Shown here: piece after piece, positions 58,900 through 64,000 of the stretch | How the letters are laid out: every line of letters starts with the position of its first letter | Numbering within the stretch: the stretch's first letter is position 1 | Source of the DNA: a virus | Lineage: Duplodnaviria > Caudoviricetes | Strand: one strand, 5' to 3' | Length of the DNA: 64,000 nt | Virus record (IMG/VR): IMGVR_UViG_3300014206_000007 | Coordinates: 155,919 to 219,918 of that record | The notes under the pieces: generated by a model | Seen by the model: the letters and a program-made list of their open reading frames with translations, nothing else | Database searches by the model: none | Told to the model about the DNA's origin: nothing | Made by a program: the position numbers and the translations under genes

Positions 58900-59955
58900 A
58901 TGAAAAAAGTTATTTTAGAAGGACTAAATATTAAGCATTATTCTCATACTGATTTAGATGGAGTATTTCCTATAATTCTCACTAAAAAGATATTGAGTTT
59001 AAATCCAAAAGCTTTTCTAAAAGGAACACAGAAATATTTTAACATAGAACCAAATGAACTATATAATGAAATTGAAAAAAGTATAGTAGAAATAAAAAAT
59101 GGCGAATGTGATTTAGTAATAATAACAGATTTGACATTTAATCAAAAAGAATATTCATTAATTCATAATTTTGGATTAGATGATCATTTTCTGATATTCG
59201 ATCATCACGTTTCTGATTTATTTCCTAAATATACATCGGAATTTTTAACTGATAATATAACTATTAAGACACATGATATTGATCAAGATGGTAATAAGTT
59301 TCAATTGTGCGGTACTAGATTATATTATGATTACTTAATAAGATGCGGATATATTGATCCATCAGATCTTCATCTAGCAAGTTTCGAGCAATTTGTTGAG
59401 TTGGTTAGACTATATGATACATACGAGTTTAATGAAAAAATGAACGCCAATAATCCTATGGCTAAAGAAGCTCCAAGATTAAATAGTCTATATCATTTAC
59501 TTGGAATTGACCTATTTACTCAATATCTAACAGACTTTGGACTTGGGGATTATTCATCGGTATTTATTGGTACAATGAAATATCCATATATTGAAGCATT
59601 ATTAGCAAACGCGGAAAATGAAGAGAAAAAATATATTGATAAACGAGTTAAAGCTGCTGAAATTAGAGATATGGTAATTGATTATACAACATATTCCATT
59701 GCTGTTACATTTGCAGAAAAGAATCAATCTGAAATTGGAAGAATTCTATATGAAAATGGAGCAGATATTGCAGTTATGATTGGAGCAAATGCATTTAGTC
59801 TTAGAACTAAAAAAGGTAGTGGTATTAATTTATGCAAAATTGCTAAATCGATGTATGGTGGAGGTCATGTTGAATCAGCAGGATTTCCAATGACTAATAA
59901 AATAGTATCTTCTATATTTGATACAATAAAAGAAGGAATGTTAAAAGCTCTATAG
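58900..59955 (+). CDS. DHH/DHHA1 phosphoesterase (NrnB-like)
   Basis: SHTDLDG, ITDL, FDHH, YD, SLR, GGGHVESAG. Confidence 0.88.
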   Translation: MKKVILEGLNIKHYSHTDLDGVFPIILTKKILSLNPKAFLKGTQKYFNIEPNELYNEIEKSIVEIKNGECDLVIITDLTFNQKEYSLIHNFGLDDHFLIFDHHVSDLFPKYTSEFLTDNITIKTHDIDQDGNKFQLCGTRLYYDYLIRCGYIDPSDLHLASFEQFVELVRLYDTYEFNEKMNANNPMAKEAPRLNSLYHLLGIDLFTQYLTDFGLGDYSSVFIGTMKYPYIEALLANAENEEKKYIDKRVKAAEIRDMVIDYTTYSIAVTFAEKNQSEIGRILYENGADIAVMIGANAFSLRTKKGSGINLCKIAKSMYGGGHVESAGFPMTNKIVSSIFDTIKEGMLKAL

Positions 59956-60037
59956 ATAATAATATAAGGCGGTATCGATAAATATTAATTGTCGGTACTA
60001 CCTTATATTAAAATATAATTTATAGGAGAAGTTAAAT

Positions 60038-60373
60038 ATGGACTATAGAGAAATTACTATTGAAGAATTTATAAAAGATTTTAAATCTTTTGGTACATCA
60101 AATGAAATAGTCGAATGCTTTACTAAGGGATATTGCTACTGGTTTGCATTCATATTAAAAAATAGATTTCCTAAGGGGGAAATATATTATAATGCAATGA
60201 ATCACTTTGTACTTAAATATAATAATAGATTATATGATATAACTGGTGATTGTACTGATAATTGGGATAATGAATTTTTAATGCATTGGGACTCATTCGT
60301 AGATATAGAAAAGGGTTCAAGTTATTTAAATTCATTATTTCAAAATACGATATTAAAAAATAAGGAGATTTAA
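60038..60373 (+). CDS. Hypothetical protein with papain-like Cys-His-Asp pattern
   Basis: GYCYWFA..NHFVL..LYDITG. Confidence 0.55.
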   Translation: MDYREITIEEFIKDFKSFGTSNEIVECFTKGYCYWFAFILKNRFPKGEIYYNAMNHFVLKYNNRLYDITGDCTDNWDNEFLMHWDSFVDIEKGSSYLNSLFQNTILKNKEI

Positions 60374-60376
60374 ACT

Positions 60377-60949
60377 ATGAAGTTATTTAACATTCGCAAG
60401 GACAATATTTCGGATAGGTTTAACACACCTGCATTAGTTTTAAATGGAAAGAAGAGAATACATGTACCAATTGAAAATTTTGAAAATCTTAATTCGGAAA
60501 ATTTTAAAATTGTATCTGATACAGTAGGACCAAAAATAGTTACATCAAACTATAAAGCTACTAATGAACCTGATTACATAACCCGAATTAATTGTAAAGG
60601 TCAATTCAAAATTGGAAGTTATGGAACTGCATATGTCCTTTCAAATAATGCAGACAATGTCAGAATAATAACATACGGATATGAACTTTGTGAAAACGAA
60701 GAACGTGATTATGGTTTATATTTCGACTGGTTAGTTACAGTTAAATCACCGGCAGTGGTTTATGTGAAACCATGTAGTCATAGTATAAAACATGGTAATA
60801 CGTATTTCATAATATTTAATGAAGATAAAGCAGAGATAGTTTATGCTAAGTCAATTAATCAATATAAAAATGCAAATAACATGCAATTCAGCACTAATCT
60901 ACATGAATATGTGGATTTTGGTACACTGAAACAACCGCAATTATACTAA
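60377..60949 (+). CDS. Hypothetical protein
   Basis: AAGGAG RBS, 190 aa. Confidence 0.7.
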   Translation: MKLFNIRKDNISDRFNTPALVLNGKKRIHVPIENFENLNSENFKIVSDTVGPKIVTSNYKATNEPDYITRINCKGQFKIGSYGTAYVLSNNADNVRIITYGYELCENEERDYGLYFDWLVTVKSPAVVYVKPCSHSIKHGNTYFIIFNEDKAEIVYAKSINQYKNANNMQFSTNLHEYVDFGTLKQPQLY

Positions 60950-60967
60950 AATATGAGGGGGTTTTCC

Positions 60968-61390
60968 ATGTTAACAAGTCTCGGAAATTTATTAAATATT
61001 GGACTCGATATTAAAGATGGACTTCAAACAGCATTGGAAGAATTTATTACGGCAAACGCACATTTAAAGAAATTTAGTAAAGATAAAATGAAGATTAATA
61101 TAACTGATAATGATTCAGTTATAATTTCATTGCAAAGAGAAAAAGGTAGTTCGATTATTGATGACGTTGTTATATTTTCGTATGACGAAGAATATCGTCA
61201 ACTTACTGGAAATGTAACTCCAAAATATTTATCATCGAATATAACTATTGCATCTACCTTAGATGCAATGAATACGAATTTATGCTCTTCAATCTCATTC
61301 CTACGAAAACTTAGTCATCAAGAGAAAACTAATAGCACTAAAGTTGCAATTGGTTTTCATCTCGAAACTAATGATAGCAATAATAAATAA
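60968..61390 (+). CDS. Hypothetical protein, repeated ~120-aa domain family
   Basis: LNIGLDIKDGLQTALEEFITAN..FSKDKMKINI similar to 39048-39770 repeats. Confidence 0.65.
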   Translation: MLTSLGNLLNIGLDIKDGLQTALEEFITANAHLKKFSKDKMKINITDNDSVIISLQREKGSSIIDDVVIFSYDEEYRQLTGNVTPKYLSSNITIASTLDAMNTNLCSSISFLRKLSHQEKTNSTKVAIGFHLETNDSNNK

Positions 61391-61449
61391 TAATAAAAAA
61401 CAGTTACATTAATTCAAGCATTTAAATATATTTATAGGAGGTAAATGTT

Positions 61450-62073
61450 ATGAAATTAATCTCAAGTGAAGAAGCAAGAAAATTTATTACTAACGTTGAA
61501 AATATTGGTGGAATATTTGATTACAAAGGAGCAAAAGATCCAGGTGTATGGATGGGAGCAAAAGAAATTCCATTTACATTGGCTCAGAGTATAATTAATG
61601 ATATCGATTTTCCATTAGATTTTCTAGACGTCGATTTAATAATTATGCCATTCAGATTAATGCAATTTGATTTTAAGCGAGGATTATTTACCGGTGGAGA
61701 ATATAATGGTAGAGCATATCCGACTCATATAATTTATGGCGCTAGACATGCACAAGAAATAATTACTAAAGAATCAGTTGGCGATTTATTTATTCATGAA
61801 ATAGGTCATAGCTTAATGTATAAACAAATGAACTGCGACTACGCAATGCATATGAAAAATAAAATATTTAAAGAATATATTAAATTGAGAAGAATTCCAA
61901 GTAAATTTACAGCAAAAAGTACTTGGGAAAAAAGGCCAGCAGAAATATTTGCTGAAGATTTTAGATACCTATTTGGTGATAAATATATGAGTGATCCACC
62001 TTATGATTCATATAAATATATCGATCCACCAAAAGATGAAATAAAGCAATTTATGTTAAACTTATTGAAATAA
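61450..62073 (+). CDS. Zinc metallopeptidase-like protein
   Basis: FIHEIGH and downstream EIFAEDFR. Confidence 0.7.
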   Translation: MKLISSEEARKFITNVENIGGIFDYKGAKDPGVWMGAKEIPFTLAQSIINDIDFPLDFLDVDLIIMPFRLMQFDFKRGLFTGGEYNGRAYPTHIIYGARHAQEIITKESVGDLFIHEIGHSLMYKQMNCDYAMHMKNKIFKEYIKLRRIPSKFTAKSTWEKRPAEIFAEDFRYLFGDKYMSDPPYDSYKYIDPPKDEIKQFMLNLLK

Positions 62074-62139
62074 AAAATAAAGAATAGAATATCTTACGAT
62101 ATTCTATTCTTTAAAAAGATAATAAGATTGGAGGCAAAA

Positions 62140-62550
62140 ATGAATAGAGAATTTCCAAAATGGACAAATGCAAATACTGTATTAAGTAATTTAATTAATA
62201 AATCTTTTGGCGTTTATATTACAATTGATAAAAATGATAATACTAGTGTTATCGTAGATTTTATAAACACTGATGATTGTGGATGCATCCCAACTGAAGA
62301 TAAAGACCATTTCTTTTCAATATACCATCATTTTATGAGAAAATATAATAATAAGTTTAAATTGCAAGATGTCTTTAAACAGTATGAGGGAAAGTTTAAT
62401 AATGAGCATATAAGAAAACAGTTAGAACATGAGATTGCTGCAATAATTAAGGAATATGAAATATCTAACCGTTGTAAATTAAAAGATGCTCTTATAAATG
62501 ATTGCTTAGGACTATCTCCGGCATTTACTTATAAAGTAGGAAGAAAATAA
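62140..62550 (+). CDS. Hypothetical protein
   Basis: GGAGG RBS. Confidence 0.65.
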   Translation: MNREFPKWTNANTVLSNLINKSFGVYITIDKNDNTSVIVDFINTDDCGCIPTEDKDHFFSIYHHFMRKYNNKFKLQDVFKQYEGKFNNEHIRKQLEHEIAAIIKEYEISNRCKLKDALINDCLGLSPAFTYKVGRK

Positions 62551-62579
62551 AGAACCCGCTAAGGTTCTTTATTTTTTTT

Positions 62580-63875
62580 TTATATTTTTGGTTTATCCAT
62601 ACTATGATTATCAATATCATTAATCAATGAATCATTTAATTTAAGATTATTGATATAAATAATAAGTCTATAAGTAGATGTCTTCTCTAATTTAAATACA
62701 TCAATATTCAAATTATTCCAATCTGCTATAAAATCCGTACCTTCAACAAGTTCAACATTATCTTTTAAAATGATAGCTTTTATAAACGTAGAGATTGGTA
62801 TATTTAATTGAGTATTTTCTCTAATAACATTTATTGCTGCACTTTCAAATAATGGTGAAATATCTAAGGTATCTTTTGTCTTTCCAACTTCGTAATCAAC
62901 ATTAAATATTGAGGAAGTGTATAATCTAAATCCATCTAAATATGATGGATATCTATTATGTATATTCTCAATAGTGTATATAGGAATAAATTCTGTTGTG
63001 CCGGAATATGGTTCATATACAGCCAAATCAAACTGTACTTTATTTTGAATATTTGTATCTCCTTCTAATATAAATAGTCCCGGTAAATTAAATTCGACCG
63101 AAATTCTAAAGTTAATATTATAGGCATCACCCATCATATTTTTCATATTACCTTCATCAAATGATAAATCATATAATGTCATAATTGTATCATGATTATA
63201 ATACATGAAAAATTCATCTCTTCCAGAAGCATTCTTCATTTTATAAGTAATAGGATAATTAGATCGGTTATTTAAATACTGTAATAATATTGGAAGCATA
63301 TTCTGAGTTTTATCAGTTATATCCAATTCTGTTATTTTTCCAATATATTCAATCATTGACCTTGGAATCATCGATTCCAATGAAGAACGATGAATAAATG
63401 AACGATCCCATACCATTTGATTTACCATAAATTTATATAAATCTAATTGCTGATGCAAAGTCGCTAATGTAATAGTTACATCAAATTCTATTCTATCTCT
63501 ATTCATTTTATACTTTAGATTAAATTCTTTCTCCGGATCTTTTAATATTGGAAATAGATGTCGTTTATCAATACCATATTCAATATTATCATAGTTTTTA
63601 GTTAATGGAATATTATTCAAGAACGCATCTGAATCATTAGGTTGATATGATGGTTTAATGATTAAATATGGTTTTCTTCTTTTCTTTATCTCATTCATAT
63701 TATTATTTCCGCCGAATTGACGATATAGATTACGATATGCAATTTCGGATGAAATATTTGTATATTTAAAAAATTCATATGGAAATTTTGCTAGTATATA
63801 TTCTCTAACCGAACAACTTATATTACCATAAGTGGTACTACTAGATGATGATGCAATAGAAAATATTTTTTCCAT
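62580..63875 (-). CDS. Putative virion structural protein
   Basis: 431 aa, preceded by AACA-N6-TA (63910-63921); TYGN..KPYLIIKP..ITYKMK pattern of jumbo-phage structural proteins. Confidence 0.55.
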   Translation of the reverse strand: MEKIFSIASSSSSTTYGNISCSVREYILAKFPYEFFKYTNISSEIAYRNLYRQFGGNNNMNEIKKRRKPYLIIKPSYQPNDSDAFLNNIPLTKNYDNIEYGIDKRHLFPILKDPEKEFNLKYKMNRDRIEFDVTITLATLHQQLDLYKFMVNQMVWDRSFIHRSSLESMIPRSMIEYIGKITELDITDKTQNMLPILLQYLNNRSNYPITYKMKNASGRDEFFMYYNHDTIMTLYDLSFDEGNMKNMMGDAYNINFRISVEFNLPGLFILEGDTNIQNKVQFDLAVYEPYSGTTEFIPIYTIENIHNRYPSYLDGFRLYTSSIFNVDYEVGKTKDTLDISPLFESAAINVIRENTQLNIPISTFIKAIILKDNVELVEGTDFIADWNNLNIDVFKLEKTSTYRLIIYINNLKLNDSLINDIDNHSMDKPKI

Positions 63876-63909
63876 AAAATATCACCTCGTTTCTTTTATT
63901 TGCTTAAAT

Positions 63910-63921
63910 TAACGAGTTGTT
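63910..63921 (-). promoter_or_regulatory. Late-type promoter AACA-N6-TA
   Basis: AACA ACTCGT TA. Confidence 0.6.
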
Positions 63922-64000
63922 TTTATAATCAATATTTATAGAAAATATATATTATTAATGTAATATAAACGTAACTGGAGGAGTATGATATGAATAAAAA

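Noticed and set aside
62140-62550. Tail-sheath C-terminal-like motif (KFNNEHIRKQL)
   Set aside because: Too short to support a functional call
1-64000. CRISPR array, reverse transcriptase/DGR, integrase, stop-codon reassignment
   Set aside because: No regularly spaced repeats or RT/integrase motifs seen; long genes are intact in the standard code

Overview
64 kb, very AT-rich segment of a jumbo myophage of the phiKZ/AR9(PBS1)-like class, almost certainly infecting a spore-forming Firmicute (SpoIIID homolog, SH3b, glucosaminidase and M23 cell-wall domains, strong GGAGG ribosome-binding sites). It encodes three subunits of phage multisubunit RNA polymerases (an apparently unsplit beta, a beta' N-part with NADFDGD, and a beta' C-part), baseplate/tail proteins, a 3289-aa tape-measure-like multi-lysin, RusA, a PolB-like fragment, an HU-like protein, nucleotide-processing enzymes and many small accessory genes including paralog families. 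A protein-kinase-like gene is split by a group I intron (43061-44477) carrying an HNH homing endonuclease. Two recurring promoter motifs partition the genes: TATATATTAT (early-like) and AACA-N6-TA (late-like, as described for AR9). The least explained signal is a set of ORF-free structured RNAs, several with their own promoter and terminator: a C-rich anti-Shine-Dalgarno sRNA (~8450-8624), a ~138-nt tRNA-Leu-like RNA with expanded arms, a ~290-nt late RNA and a ~165-nt hairpin RNA. Tyr-Gly motifs also punctuate most enzyme-domain boundaries of the giant tail protein. All calls are from motif recognition by eye; no searches were run.
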